A DNA stretch of 64,000 nt from NCBI GenBank assembly GCA_044867525.1, contig JBIOVB010000107.1, forward strand, positions 25,419 through 89,418. Direction: 5' to 3'. The notes under the pieces are model-generated. The model was not told where the DNA came from. It worked only from the letters and a program-made list of their open reading frames with translations, and did not search any database. The DNA is from Acidimicrobiia bacterium (lineage in GTDB: Bacteria; Actinomycetota; Acidimicrobiia; Spongiisociales; ZC4RG35). Both the position numbers and the translations under genes were made by a program. Shown piece by piece: positions 1 through 9,148 of this stretch (the first letter of the stretch is position 1; the number at the start of each line of letters is the position of its first letter).

Positions 1-1046
1 GAACGAGTGGCGATCTTCTCCCCGACGGCGAAACCCGGGCCGACGAGCTCCACCGGCTTGGGATTGTGGAAGGCATCCCACAGCGCCTTGCGATCCTCGC
101 CTGAGTCGGCGAACCGCTGGGCCCAACCTGCCCGGGCCACCCGGCCCCTGCCCATGGCGTCCCTGAAGAAGGCATACACGAGGTCGTCCACGAGGAACAT
201 CGGCTCCGTCGGATAGCCCATCGCCTCCTTGGCTAGGCGAACCTCATCTTCACCCAGTGGCGCACCGTGAGCCGCCGCGGTGTCCTGGGCATTCGGGGCC
301 CCATGGGCGATGTGAGTCCGGCAGGAGATCAACGAAGGGCGTTCCTCCTCCGTGAGCGCGGCGTCGATCGCCTCGGCGATCGCCCCCCGATCGTGGCCGT
401 CTACCTCGGCTGTGTGCCAACCCACAGCGTTGAAACGGGCGAGGACGTCCTCGCTGAAGGTGATATCCGTGCTGCCGTCGATGGAGATGTTGTTGTTGTC
501 GTAGAGGTAGATGAGGCGGCCCAGGCCGAGGTGGCCGGCGAGCGAGGCCGCCTCGCTGCTCACACCCTCCATGAGGTCGCCGTCGGACACGAATGCGTAA
601 GTGCGGTGGTCGACCAGGTCGGCGCCGAGACGAGCTCTCAGGTGGCTCTCCGCGATGCCCATCCCCACCGCGGTCGCGAAACCCTGGCCGAGGGGGCCGG
701 TTGTCATCTCGATCCCGAGTCGATGGTCGATCTCGGGATGGCCTGCCGTGTGACTGCCCCACTGCCGGAAGTTGCGCAGGTCGTCGAGGGTGAGTGGGAA
801 GCCGCTGAGATGGAGCAGGGAGTAGAGGAGCATCGATCCATGGCCGTTGGACAGGACGAATCGATCACGATCCGGCCACTCGGGCTCCTCGGGGTCGACG
901 AGCAGATAGCGGCTCCAGAGCACGACTGCGATGTCCGCCATCCCCATCGGCATCCCGGGATGACCACTGTCCGCTCTCTGTACTGCGTCCATGGCCAATG
1001 CCTTTATGGTGTCGACCGCTAATTGCTCGGCCTGGCGCTCCTCCAT
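1..1046 (-). CDS. tkt: Transketolase, N-terminal portion. The gene runs off the window edge at position 1, so it is 3'-truncated here.
   Basis: Minus-strand translation gives [44 protein letters not shown]...[24 protein letters not shown]...TTGPLGQG, the hallmark transketolase TPP-binding motifs. It is absent from the ORF track because there is no stop codon inside the window. Confidence 0.9.
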   Translation of the reverse strand, partial: MEERQAEQLAVDTIKALAMDAVQRADSGHPGMPMGMADIAVVLWSRYLLVDPEEPEWPDRDRFVLSNGHGSMLLYSLLHLSGFPLTLDDLRNFRQWGSHTAGHPEIDHRLGIEMTTGPLGQGFATAVGMGIAESHLRARLGADLVDHRTYAFVSDGDLMEGVSSEAASLAGHLGLGRLIYLYDNNNISIDGSTDITFSEDVLARFNAVGWHTAEVDGHDRGAIAEAIDAALTEEERPSLISCRTHIAHGAPNAQDTAAAHGAPLGEDEVRLAKEAMGYPTEPMFLVDDLVYAFFRDAMGRGRVARAGWAQRFADSGEDRKALWDAFHNPKPVELVGPGFAVGEKIATR

Positions 1047-1089
1047 GGACGGCGAGAGTACCCGGCATCGCCGGCTCCCCCGATGGCTG

Positions 1090-1842
1090 TCATGGCCGGC
1101 ACACCTCGCACGCCCGGAAACCGGCTCGCGCCGCCTCACCTGACGACCTGAAGTCGACCACGTTCCCTTCCTTCGAACGGCGGAGCGCCCGGCACGTTGG
1201 GTTGCAGTAGATCCCGGTGGACTTGTTTCCCTGGACCCGGATGTGATGACCGGCGAGGTCTTCCAGGTGTGCCGGATCCGCTCCCTCGTGGGTGAGCAGC
1301 TCCCATTTCACTTCGGGACCACCGAGCGAGTACGCGCCGATGGTCCCATCGGACCGAACCACCCGGTGACAAGGGATGATCAGGGGAATCGGGTTGCGCG
1401 CCATCGTCGAACCCACCGCCCGAGCGGCTCCTGGGGCGTTGGCTTCCCGGGCCAGCCACCCGTAGGGACGGACCTCGCCACGCGGGATCGTGGTGGCGAT
1501 GCGAAGGATCGTCTGCTGAAACGGGGTCACCGATGTCAGGTCGACCGGCAGCTTCCCTGGTGTACCGGCCTCGATTGCATCCGTAATCCGGCTCGACCAG
1601 GCTGCCGGTGCCTCGGCGCGGATCAATGGACGGCCGTGTCGCCGCGCGTGATAGCCCTGCCAGTCCTCAGAGGCCAGAGTCAGAGAGGAGACACCATTGG
1701 GGTTGAAGGTGACGGCCACCTCTCCCACCGGGGACTCGTAGAAGTCGTAGCCGTCGGCGAGGCCCGTGCCCAGAGCCACTCCCTCGCTGATGCCCGCGGG
1801 CAGTGGGCCAATGAGCTGCTCCAGATGATGTTCGATGGTCAT
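1090..1842 (-). CDS. ogt: Methylated-DNA--protein-cysteine methyltransferase (Ogt/MGMT) with a C-terminal Ada-type zinc methyl-acceptor domain
   Basis: PCHRVV active-site motif ([20 protein letters not shown]). The C-terminus [42 protein letters not shown] matches the Ada N-domain Zn site (E. coli TGIFCRPSCRAR...AGFRPCKRCQP). Start trimmed to MTIEHH; the ORF track's longer N-terminus is antisense read-through. Confidence 0.85.
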   Translation of the reverse strand: MTIEHHLEQLIGPLPAGISEGVALGTGLADGYDFYESPVGEVAVTFNPNGVSSLTLASEDWQGYHARRHGRPLIRAEAPAAWSSRITDAIEAGTPGKLPVDLTSVTPFQQTILRIATTIPRGEVRPYGWLAREANAPGAARAVGSTMARNPIPLIIPCHRVVRSDGTIGAYSLGGPEVKWELLTHEGADPAHLEDLAGHHIRVQGNKSTGIYCNPTCRALRRSKEGNVVDFRSSGEAARAGFRACEVCRP

Positions 1843-2360
1843 TGTTCTTGCTCCATGATCTCTCGTAGCTTCTCCAAACCGCGATGGATGTCGGCCTTGA
1901 CAGTCCCCTGGGGGCGGCCGGTGGTTTCGGATATCTCCACGATCCCCAACCCGACCACATGGCGGAGCACGACCGCCATGCGTTGATTTCGGTTCAGAGC
2001 GGCGAACCTGGCATCCCAGGCTCGGGCATCGGGCGGATCGGGGGCTTGGTCGGGTTGCTCGTGGCCGTGCATCTCCACGAGGCTGGGCCGGCGGGACCGG
2101 GTCCGCAGATGATTCCTCCCCAGGTTCAAAGCGATGGTCCACATCCACGGCCCGAGGCGGAGGTCGTCGAACCGCTGCCGGTCGAAGTCGCCGAGTGAGC
2201 GATACGCCCGGATGAAGGTCTCCTGGGTCAGGTCTTGCGCCTCCCCGTGATCACCGCACAGCCGGCGCAGGCCCCAGTAGAGCCCGGGCCCCATTTCCTC
2301 GACCAGTCGGGGGAATGCCCGGTCGAGATCGGAGGCGAGCGCGGTGGTCAGCTCATCCAT
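1839..2360 (-). CDS. ECF-family RNA polymerase sigma factor. Its stop overlaps the ogt start by 4 nt (ATGA).
   Basis: Region 2 (AQDLTQETFIRAYRSL) and region 4 (RMAVVLRHVVGLGIVEISETTGRPQGTVKADIHRGLEKLR) motifs. An alternative start lies at 2387. Confidence 0.8.
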   Translation of the reverse strand: MDELTTALASDLDRAFPRLVEEMGPGLYWGLRRLCGDHGEAQDLTQETFIRAYRSLGDFDRQRFDDLRLGPWMWTIALNLGRNHLRTRSRRPSLVEMHGHEQPDQAPDPPDARAWDARFAALNRNQRMAVVLRHVVGLGIVEISETTGRPQGTVKADIHRGLEKLREIMEQEQ

Positions 2361-2423
2361 CCCTATCAGAACACCTACGAATCGCATCCGGTTGCAGGGC
2401 GGGCACCGTACTTAGATACGGGT

Positions 2424-3128
2424 GTGGACGACGCAGAGATCACCGAGGCCCTGCGAGGAGCGGAGTCCGCGGTCCGGTCCGGGGAGTCTCCGGGCCCGGG
2501 CTTCTGGCGTGCAGTCGCCGTAGTGAAGGCCGAGCCCGCCCTGATCGAGGAGCACGCCGATCGAATCGGGGTGATCGACTCCACGGCCTTTCGACAGTGG
2601 GCGTTGGTGACAGTTCCGCTGTGGATCGGGAATCTGGTCATGATCGGGGGGTCCCTGCTCGGTCTGGCGCTGGTCGCGTGGTCCTATTCGCTCTCCGGCA
2701 CCGCCGCGGGGGTTGTCTTCATTCTGGGGTTCGGCGCCCTCCTCGTCACCACCCACAGCCTCGCCCATCTCATAGTGGGGACGATCGTCGGGATCCGATT
2801 CACCCGATGGTTCATCGGTTCGATCCGACGACCCACGCCAGGGGTAAAGGTCGACTACGCCTCCTACCTGCGGACCCCTGCCGCGTCGAGGGCCTGGATG
2901 CACGCCTCCGGGGCGATCTTCACCAAGCTGGTCCCGTTTGCCTTGATCGGGGCCGCCATCGCCGCGGATGTCCCGGCCTGGGCCCTCTGGCTCCTGGTGT
3001 TGGTCGGGATCGCCCAGTTGGTCACCGACTACCTGTGGTCGACCAAGGGGTCAGACTGGAAGAAGTTCAAACGCGAGATGCAATTCGCGGAACGCGGGAC
3101 TGGCGCAGCCTCGGCTCAATCCTCCTGA
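2424..3128 (+). CDS. Integral membrane protein of unknown function, divergent from the ECF sigma gene
   Basis: 4-5 predicted hydrophobic helices (LVTVPLWIGNLVMIGGSLLGLALVAW..., LVPFALIGAAIAADVPAWALWLLVLVGIA). GTG start chosen downstream of the overlap with the sigma gene. The start is uncertain. Confidence 0.45.
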   Translation: MDDAEITEALRGAESAVRSGESPGPGFWRAVAVVKAEPALIEEHADRIGVIDSTAFRQWALVTVPLWIGNLVMIGGSLLGLALVAWSYSLSGTAAGVVFILGFGALLVTTHSLAHLIVGTIVGIRFTRWFIGSIRRPTPGVKVDYASYLRTPAASRAWMHASGAIFTKLVPFALIGAAIAADVPAWALWLLVLVGIAQLVTDYLWSTKGSDWKKFKREMQFAERGTGAASAQSS

Positions 3129-4768
3129 TCGACCATCGTTGGTATCGACCCATCGGTTTGGTGCATCCGCTCGTGGGTCAGCAACAGCTGGTCGAAGTTC
3201 GGCGGGTTCTCGACGTCGATGCCGATCAGGTGACGGGTCACCGGCCCATCCTCACGATCGAATGCCCTCGCCCTGGCGATCAGGGCAGCCGAGGCGTCAT
3301 CGATTCTCCGATGCTGCGCCAGATGCTCCTCCCAGGAACCGGTGGTGAACAACTCGGTGAGGCGGGTCGGAGACGAGGCATTCCGGAACAAGGCCCATCG
3401 GTAGGCGCCGGTGCGGAGCCGGACCATCCGCACCTCGTTCATGACCTCGGTGAACTCGGCGAGGTCATTTTCGTCAATCGTCCATGTGTTGAGGATGAAC
3501 ACCGGTCCACCTTCCATGGTCTCATCGTGTGGCGGCGGCTCTCGTTCCAGCGAAAACTCCGGCGACACCACCTCATCGAGGCTCGGCAGATGAAAGGCAG
3601 GGGAAGCGATCCCCAGGGCTACCGTCCCCAGAGAGAGGATCACCATGGCCTCGCCGGTGCCGACTGCGTCGGCGACGATCCCACCCAGGATCGAGCCAAG
3701 GGGAAGCACGCCCCCGAAGGCCAGGCTGTAGAGCGACATGGCCCGGCCTCTGATCCACTCCGGCGCCATGAGCTGTGCCGTGGCATTCAGGTTGGTCAGT
3801 GTGAGGACCCAGAAGGCACCGGATATGAACATGAAGATCCAGGCCGATGCGATGTTGGGTGACAAGCCGACTCCGATCCCGGAGACACCGAAAAGGGTGA
3901 TCGTCATCATTGGCGCCCGGTTTCCGAGGCGGCCGACGAAGCGGGATCGGACAGCTGCGCCGACCAGGGCGCCGAGTCCCATGGCCCCCAACAGCAGGCC
4001 GAGGGCGCCGGCGCCGCCCCCGAGGGTCTCGGTATGACCGGGGAGGACCGACTGCACCACCGCTGAGGTCACTGCGAACAGCGAAACCAAGAGCAGCAAT
4101 CTCCGAAAGACGGGGGTGAACCGGGCATAGCGGACACCAAGGCCGATGGCCGCGCCGAACGAAATGCTCTCGCGTATCGGGCTCACCACGCTGTTTCCAA
4201 CCAAGAGGAGAGCGGCCACCACGGCCGTGTAGGTGAGGGCGTTGATACCGAAGCCCCACGCCGGGCCGAAGGCCACGATCACCACGCCGCCGATTGCCGG
4301 CCCGATGGCGCGGGCGACGTTGAACGCTGCTGACTGCAGCGCGACTGCGGACGGAATCATCACCCTTGGGACCAGGTCGGGGAGCAGCGCTTGCCAGGTC
4401 GGGAGGTTGAGCGCAACCCCGGTCCCTAAGAGCAAGCCGAGGCCGAGTAGGAGGCCTGGTGTGATCAGGTCGGTCGCGGTGAAGAACGTCATCGCCAGAG
4501 CGGACAAAGCCATGATCGCCTGGGCGCTGATCATCAGCTTGGTCCGGTCGAACATGTCGGCCAGGGTCCCGGCGGCGAGCGCGAAGAAGAGCAGGGGGAG
4601 GGTGCTGGAGGCGACCATGAACCCGACCCAGGTGTTGGATCGGGTCATCTCGAACATGAGCCAGGAGCCGGCAACCGTTTGCACGAAGCTTCCGACTGCG
4701 GACAATGCCGAGGCGATCCAGAGCGTGCGGAACGAGCCAATGCGGAGTGGGGCGACCGCCGAGGTCAT
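3116..4768 (-). CDS. MFS transporter (EntS/MFS_3-like) with a roughly 150-aa C-terminal soluble extension
   Basis: 12-TM MFS profile (LWIASALSAVGSFVQTVAGSWLMFEMT..., MFDRTKLMISAQ...), then a hydrophilic C-terminal domain (GGPVFILNTWTIDENDLAEFTEVMNEVRMVRLRTGAYRWALFRN...). Confidence 0.8.
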   Translation of the reverse strand: MTSAVAPLRIGSFRTLWIASALSAVGSFVQTVAGSWLMFEMTRSNTWVGFMVASSTLPLLFFALAAGTLADMFDRTKLMISAQAIMALSALAMTFFTATDLITPGLLLGLGLLLGTGVALNLPTWQALLPDLVPRVMIPSAVALQSAAFNVARAIGPAIGGVVIVAFGPAWGFGINALTYTAVVAALLLVGNSVVSPIRESISFGAAIGLGVRYARFTPVFRRLLLLVSLFAVTSAVVQSVLPGHTETLGGGAGALGLLLGAMGLGALVGAAVRSRFVGRLGNRAPMMTITLFGVSGIGVGLSPNIASAWIFMFISGAFWVLTLTNLNATAQLMAPEWIRGRAMSLYSLAFGGVLPLGSILGGIVADAVGTGEAMVILSLGTVALGIASPAFHLPSLDEVVSPEFSLEREPPPHDETMEGGPVFILNTWTIDENDLAEFTEVMNEVRMVRLRTGAYRWALFRNASSPTRLTELFTTGSWEEHLAQHRRIDDASAALIARARAFDREDGPVTRHLIGIDVENPPNFDQLLLTHERMHQTDGSIPTMVDQED

Positions 4769-4798
4769 CGAGGCAAGCGTAGGGGGTAGGTTGCCTGG

Positions 4799-5449
4799 GT
4801 GGTTCGCGACCTCGCCTACTTCATCCAGGGCGATCAGGGCCCCGGTCCAGGCGTCCTCCTCCTCCACTCTTTCTGGGGCCTCACGTCATCGGTGAAGAGC
4901 CTGGCCGACGAGATGGCAGACCACGGCTTCACCGTCCTCGCTCCTGATATCAACTTTGGCGAGTTCCCCGAATCCGAGCAGGACGCCCTCGACCACCTGG
5001 GAAAGGCGGACCCGAACCGGCTGGCATCACTCGTCCTCTCGTCGGCGAAGCTCCTCCACGAGAAGTCCACTGAGGGCCCGATAGGAATCGTCGGGTTCGG
5101 CATGGGCGGCTCTCTGGCCTTGTGGGCATCGGTCCGACTCGCCTCGCTCGTTGGGGCGGTTGTTTCGTTCTACGGCAGCCAGCAGATCGACTTCGCCGGG
5201 GCGAGGGCGGCATACCTCATCCATCTCGCCGACGAGGACGAGTTCATCACGGACGACGAGGCGGCGTTCATGGAGGCAACGATGAGGCTGGAAGAGCTCG
5301 ACGTCCGGGTGGAGCGTCATCCCGGCACCCGTCACGGCTTCGGAGAGCCCGACGGCGACACCTTCGACCCGGGTGCATTCGACACCGCGTGGCAAGGCGC
5401 GCTCACCTTTCTCCGAGGGCACCTCCGGGCGAATTCGAACGCACGCTGA
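4799..5449 (+). CDS. Dienelactone hydrolase family alpha/beta hydrolase
   Basis: GPGVLLLHSFWGLT near the N-terminus and a GFGMGG nucleophile elbow. Typical DLH length. Confidence 0.7.
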   Translation: MVRDLAYFIQGDQGPGPGVLLLHSFWGLTSSVKSLADEMADHGFTVLAPDINFGEFPESEQDALDHLGKADPNRLASLVLSSAKLLHEKSTEGPIGIVGFGMGGSLALWASVRLASLVGAVVSFYGSQQIDFAGARAAYLIHLADEDEFITDDEAAFMEATMRLEELDVRVERHPGTRHGFGEPDGDTFDPGAFDTAWQGALTFLRGHLRANSNAR

Positions 5450-5462
5450 GTCGGGGTACCGC

Positions 5463-5798
5463 CTATGTGGGTTTGACGGTTGTCGTGGTCGTCGTTGTCG
5501 TCCCGTCGTCGACACAGGACTCAGTGACCGGATCCCAAAGTTGATCGTGGTCCCCGGTTTTGTGGTTGACGTGGTGTTCAGGGCTATGGCCTCTGGGCCC
5601 GTCGCTGTGCCACGCTGCGATGTCGATCGTGATCACGACATACGGATTCGTGGCGGAGTCGGTGACATGACAGATCGTGATCTTGTGCCCGTCTTCGAGA
5701 TCGGGAACGGTGCCCGGCTTTGTTGCCATTGCCGGACCGACAACGGTCACCAAAAATACGGTGGTGATCGATGCGAGTGTGATCAGCTTCCGACGCAA
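5463..5798 (-). CDS. Small secreted His-rich protein with a C-terminal poly-Thr tail (unknown function)
   Basis: Signal peptide MRRKLITLASITTVFLVTVVGPAMA. Mature part has 9 His in about 70 aa (ITICHVTD...AAWHSDGPRGHSPEHHVNHKTGDHD). Ends TTTTTTTTVKPT. Confidence 0.5.
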   Translation of the reverse strand: MRRKLITLASITTVFLVTVVGPAMATKPGTVPDLEDGHKITICHVTDSATNPYVVITIDIAAWHSDGPRGHSPEHHVNHKTGDHDQLWDPVTESCVDDGTTTTTTTTVKPT

Positions 5799-5994
5799 TT
5801 GGTCCTCCCCTCCGGTGATCCCTCTGAGTCCGAAAGTCTACGCCAGCCACTCTGCGTGTCTAGCCGTCACTGCAAGCGGTCGTCACGGATGTACCGGCTA
5901 CGCAAGTTCCGCCCAGATTGTGGGCGGCAGCGGCGCGTCTTTCTCGGATTTGGGCCGGCGTGTGTATGTACCGTTGACCGTGGTGGAAGACCAG

Positions 5995-7557
5995 ATGCTC
6001 ACCCCGCGGGTGGGATCCAGCCTGCTCCGTGGTCTGGAGGCCAGGATCGACGTCCCGATTGAGGGCAGGGAGACGATCGATGTCGACTCCCCGTTCACCC
6101 TCGAGGTCATCGGGCGGATTCCCCAGGCGACCGACCAGGATGTGGCTGCGGCGGTGGCACGGGCCCGGGCGGCTCAGCCGGGATGGGCCGCGGCCGGGGC
6201 TCGAAGGCGCTCGGATGTGCTCCTCCGCTTCCACGATCTGTTGCTCCGGGAGGTCGATACCGCCGTCGACATCATCCAGGTGGAGGGTGGAAAGACGCGT
6301 GCCGGGGCTTGGGAGGAGGTCGTGGACGTGATCGGGACCTCCCGCTACTACGCGAACATGGGCCCCCGGCTCACGAAGCGGCGCAGGCGGCAAGGGGCGA
6401 TGCCGGTGCTCACCCGGACCTACGAGTATCGCCACCCCAAAGGCGTGTGTGGGTTCATCTCGCCGTGGAACTTCCCGTTCAATCTCTCGATAGGGGATGC
6501 TCTCGCTGCCCTGGTCGCGGGCAATGCGGTGGTCATCAAGCCCGACGAGAGGACCCCATACTCACTTCTCTTCTCCGCTCGGCTCCTCGGCATGGCGGGG
6601 GTCCCCGAAGGGGTGATCCAGGTGCTGACCGGCGAAGGGGAGATCTGCGGCCCGGCGATGATCGACGAGGTCGACTACGTCATGTTCACCGGGTCGACCG
6701 CGGTCGGGTCCAAGGTCGCCGAGCAGGCGGGGCGCAACCTGATCGGGTCCTCGATGGAGCTCGGGGGAAAGAACGCGGCAATCGTGCTTGCCGACGCCGA
6801 CCTCGAGCGCACAATCCCCGAGATGGCCCGCGCCACCTTCGGCCACGCCGGGCAGATGTGTGTCCACATGGAGCGGATCTACGTCGAACAACCTGTGGTC
6901 GAGGAGTTCACCCGTCGCTTTGTGGAACACACCGAGCAACTCGAGGTAGCGCCCTCCTACGAGTTCGGGCCCCTGGTCAGCTCGCTGATCTCACGGGAGC
7001 ATCTCGCCGAGGTCGAGTCCCATGTCGACGATGCGGTGTCCAAGGGAGCGAACCTCCTCGCGGGGGGCAAGCCGAGACCGGACGCCGGGCCTCTCTTCTA
7101 CTCCCCGACGATCCTCAGCGGGGTCGATGAGACGATGACCGTGTGCCGGTCGGAGACCTTCGGCCCGGTGGTCTCCATCTACCCGGTTGGCTCGAGCGAG
7201 GAGGCGATCGCACTGGCCAACGACAGCGATCTCGGGCTCAGCTTCAGTGTGTGGTCGGCCGACACCCGGCGGGCGGTGGAGATCGCCGCCCGGCTCGAGG
7301 CCGGCAGCGTTTCCATCAATGACGGCTACGTCTCGACCTGGGCCTCCCACGATGCTCCTATGGGTGGAGTCAAGCGCTCGGGCCTGGGAAGACGGCATGG
7401 GCGGGAGGGACTGCTCAAGTTCACCGAGCCCCAGACGATCTCCGTGCAGCGGGTGCTTCCGGCCTACGCCCCGGGGCTCGGCCTCTCCTACGAGACGTAT
7501 CGCCGATTGGTGGAGAAGCTGACGGTCTTGTTCCGCCGGCTTCCGTTCTATAAATAG
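5995..7557 (+). CDS. NAD(P)-dependent aldehyde dehydrogenase (succinate-semialdehyde dehydrogenase-like)
   Basis: ALDH motifs FISPWNFP, ELGGKNA and FGHAGQMC (catalytic Cys). Start at MLTPRV downstream of the divergent secreted-protein gene. Confidence 0.85.
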   Translation: MLTPRVGSSLLRGLEARIDVPIEGRETIDVDSPFTLEVIGRIPQATDQDVAAAVARARAAQPGWAAAGARRRSDVLLRFHDLLLREVDTAVDIIQVEGGKTRAGAWEEVVDVIGTSRYYANMGPRLTKRRRRQGAMPVLTRTYEYRHPKGVCGFISPWNFPFNLSIGDALAALVAGNAVVIKPDERTPYSLLFSARLLGMAGVPEGVIQVLTGEGEICGPAMIDEVDYVMFTGSTAVGSKVAEQAGRNLIGSSMELGGKNAAIVLADADLERTIPEMARATFGHAGQMCVHMERIYVEQPVVEEFTRRFVEHTEQLEVAPSYEFGPLVSSLISREHLAEVESHVDDAVSKGANLLAGGKPRPDAGPLFYSPTILSGVDETMTVCRSETFGPVVSIYPVGSSEEAIALANDSDLGLSFSVWSADTRRAVEIAARLEAGSVSINDGYVSTWASHDAPMGGVKRSGLGRRHGREGLLKFTEPQTISVQRVLPAYAPGLGLSYETYRRLVEKLTVLFRRLPFYK

Positions 7558-7564
7558 CCCTGAT

Positions 7565-8059
7565 TCAGGGCTCGGACATCTCGGTCAGATCGGCCGACAG
7601 GACGTCCCGGTCTTCCGGGTCCTCGATATCAGGGAGTAGGGCCTTGGCCAGCTCCAGGTGCTCCGTGTAGGTCTCGACATCGTCCACTTCGGCGGCTGCT
7701 CGAGCTATGGCTTCGTGGGCGAACCCCCTGACAAAGGGGTCGAGGTCGTGTTCCTCACACACCGCCAGCGACCGCTCACCGAACCACTCCGCTAGGTCGG
7801 CATATCCGAGCACGACGGCCACCCGTGATACCTGCCAATCGGCTATGGCACGGCTTCGGGCGTCACCGACCCGGTACCAGTGGTAGCGCTGGGCGAAGGT
7901 GGAGGCCAGCATGTCCTCGTCCTGTTCCCGTGCCCGATCCGGGAGGTCGAGCAACTCCCAGGTGTGGTTGAAGGCCTGGGGGGCGAAGGTGCGGTGCCAG
8001 GTTTCAACTAGTTCCGGCGTGGGATCCTTGACCGGCTCGGCCATGTGCGTTCCCTCCAC
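7565..8059 (-). CDS. Conserved hypothetical cytoplasmic protein, divergent from the NHEJ polymerase gene
   Basis: Clean 164-aa ORF with acidic C-terminus and no recognisable catalytic motif. The first codon is GTG. Confidence 0.5.
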   Translation of the reverse strand: MEGTHMAEPVKDPTPELVETWHRTFAPQAFNHTWELLDLPDRAREQDEDMLASTFAQRYHWYRVGDARSRAIADWQVSRVAVVLGYADLAEWFGERSLAVCEEHDLDPFVRGFAHEAIARAAAEVDDVETYTEHLELAKALLPDIEDPEDRDVLSADLTEMSEP

Positions 8060-8090
8060 AGGGTCGGTTCCGGCGTACCTTAGGTAGGCG

Positions 8091-9092
8091 ATGAGCGACT
8101 ACACCACCGTCGAAGTGGGCGGCGAGCAGGTTCGGGTCTCCAGCCCGCAGCGGGTGATTTTTCCAAAGCAGGGTTGGACCAAGCTCGATGTCGTCGAGCA
8201 TTTCGTGGCGGTCAGCGAAGGTGCGATCCGAGGGATCGCGGGTCGCCCCACGATGCTCAAGCGTTACATGGGGACAGTCGACGAAGACCCGATCTATCAC
8301 AAGCGGGCGGCGAACAACACGCCATTCGAGACTGCCGCCATCCGCTTCCCGTCCCAACGCCCGGGTCGGATGAACGTGCCACGCGCCGAAGCCGATGTGA
8401 TCCGCCTCGCCCAGCTCGGATGCCTCGACTTTCATCCCTGGCCGGTTCGTGCCGAAGACACCGATCACCCCGATGAGCTGCGGTTCGACTTCGATCCCAC
8501 CCCTGGCGTCACCTTCGATCAGGTGCGCCGGGCCGCGGCTGCGGCCCGTCCGCTGCTCGAAGAGGTCGGGCTTGTCGGCTGGCCCAAGACCTCGGGAAGT
8601 CGCGGGGTACACGTCTACGTCCGGATCGAGCCACTTTGGGACTTCTTCCAGACCCGGCGGGCGGTCCTGGCTTTTGCTCGTGAGCTGGAGCGCCGGATGC
8701 CGGGAGAGGTGACCACCAAATGGTGGAAGGAGGAGCGCCAAGGGGTCTTCATCGACTACAACCAGAATGCCCGGGACAAGAGCGTGTCCTCCGCATATGG
8801 AGTCCGGCCCACAGGTTTCGTCTCGGCTCCGATCACATGGGATGAGCTGGAGACGGTCGAGATTCAAGACTTCCCGTTGGACCGGTTCGGTGTGCGATAT
8901 CAGGAGAGGGGGGACCTCTCCGAGGGGATCGACGAGTCGGCAGGTCGGATCGACACCCTCCTCGAGTGGATGCAACGTGACGAGGACAATGGGATCGGCG
9001 ATGCTCCCTGGCCGCCGCACTACCCGAAGATGCCGGGGGAGCCGCCCCGGGTCCAACCCTCACGCCAGCGACGGGCGGACGACGAGTACTGA
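8091..9092 (+). CDS. Standalone LigD-type NHEJ polymerase/primase domain protein (PolDom)
   Basis: Archaeo-eukaryotic-primase-like LigD-Pol motifs: FPKQGWTKLDVVEHF, DFHPW, KTSGSRGVHVYVRI, VFIDYNQN. No ligase or nuclease domain fused. Confidence 0.8.
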   Translation: MSDYTTVEVGGEQVRVSSPQRVIFPKQGWTKLDVVEHFVAVSEGAIRGIAGRPTMLKRYMGTVDEDPIYHKRAANNTPFETAAIRFPSQRPGRMNVPRAEADVIRLAQLGCLDFHPWPVRAEDTDHPDELRFDFDPTPGVTFDQVRRAAAAARPLLEEVGLVGWPKTSGSRGVHVYVRIEPLWDFFQTRRAVLAFARELERRMPGEVTTKWWKEERQGVFIDYNQNARDKSVSSAYGVRPTGFVSAPITWDELETVEIQDFPLDRFGVRYQERGDLSEGIDESAGRIDTLLEWMQRDEDNGIGDAPWPPHYPKMPGEPPRVQPSRQRRADDEY

Positions 9093-9148
9093 GCGAAATT
9101 GGGTGCGAGAGCCCTCACCACGGATGCTGACGCCCCTAATTTCGGCCA

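Noticed and set aside
267-1022. 251-aa plus-strand ORF (and several others, 250..762-, 593..793+) overlapping the transketolase locus
   Set aside because: They are antisense or out-of-frame to a minus-strand sequence that translates into unmistakable transketolase motifs. They are GC-rich open frames with no motifs of their own.
2315-3862. 515-aa plus-strand ORF spanning the membrane-protein and MFS loci
   Set aside because: Arg/Gly/Pro-rich low-complexity translation typical of an alternative frame in 70% GC DNA. It overlaps two well-supported genes.
8004-9056. 350-aa minus-strand ORF antisense to the LigD polymerase gene
   Set aside because: The plus strand encodes a clean PolDom with conserved motifs. 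The minus frame is Arg/Pro/Gly-rich with no motifs.
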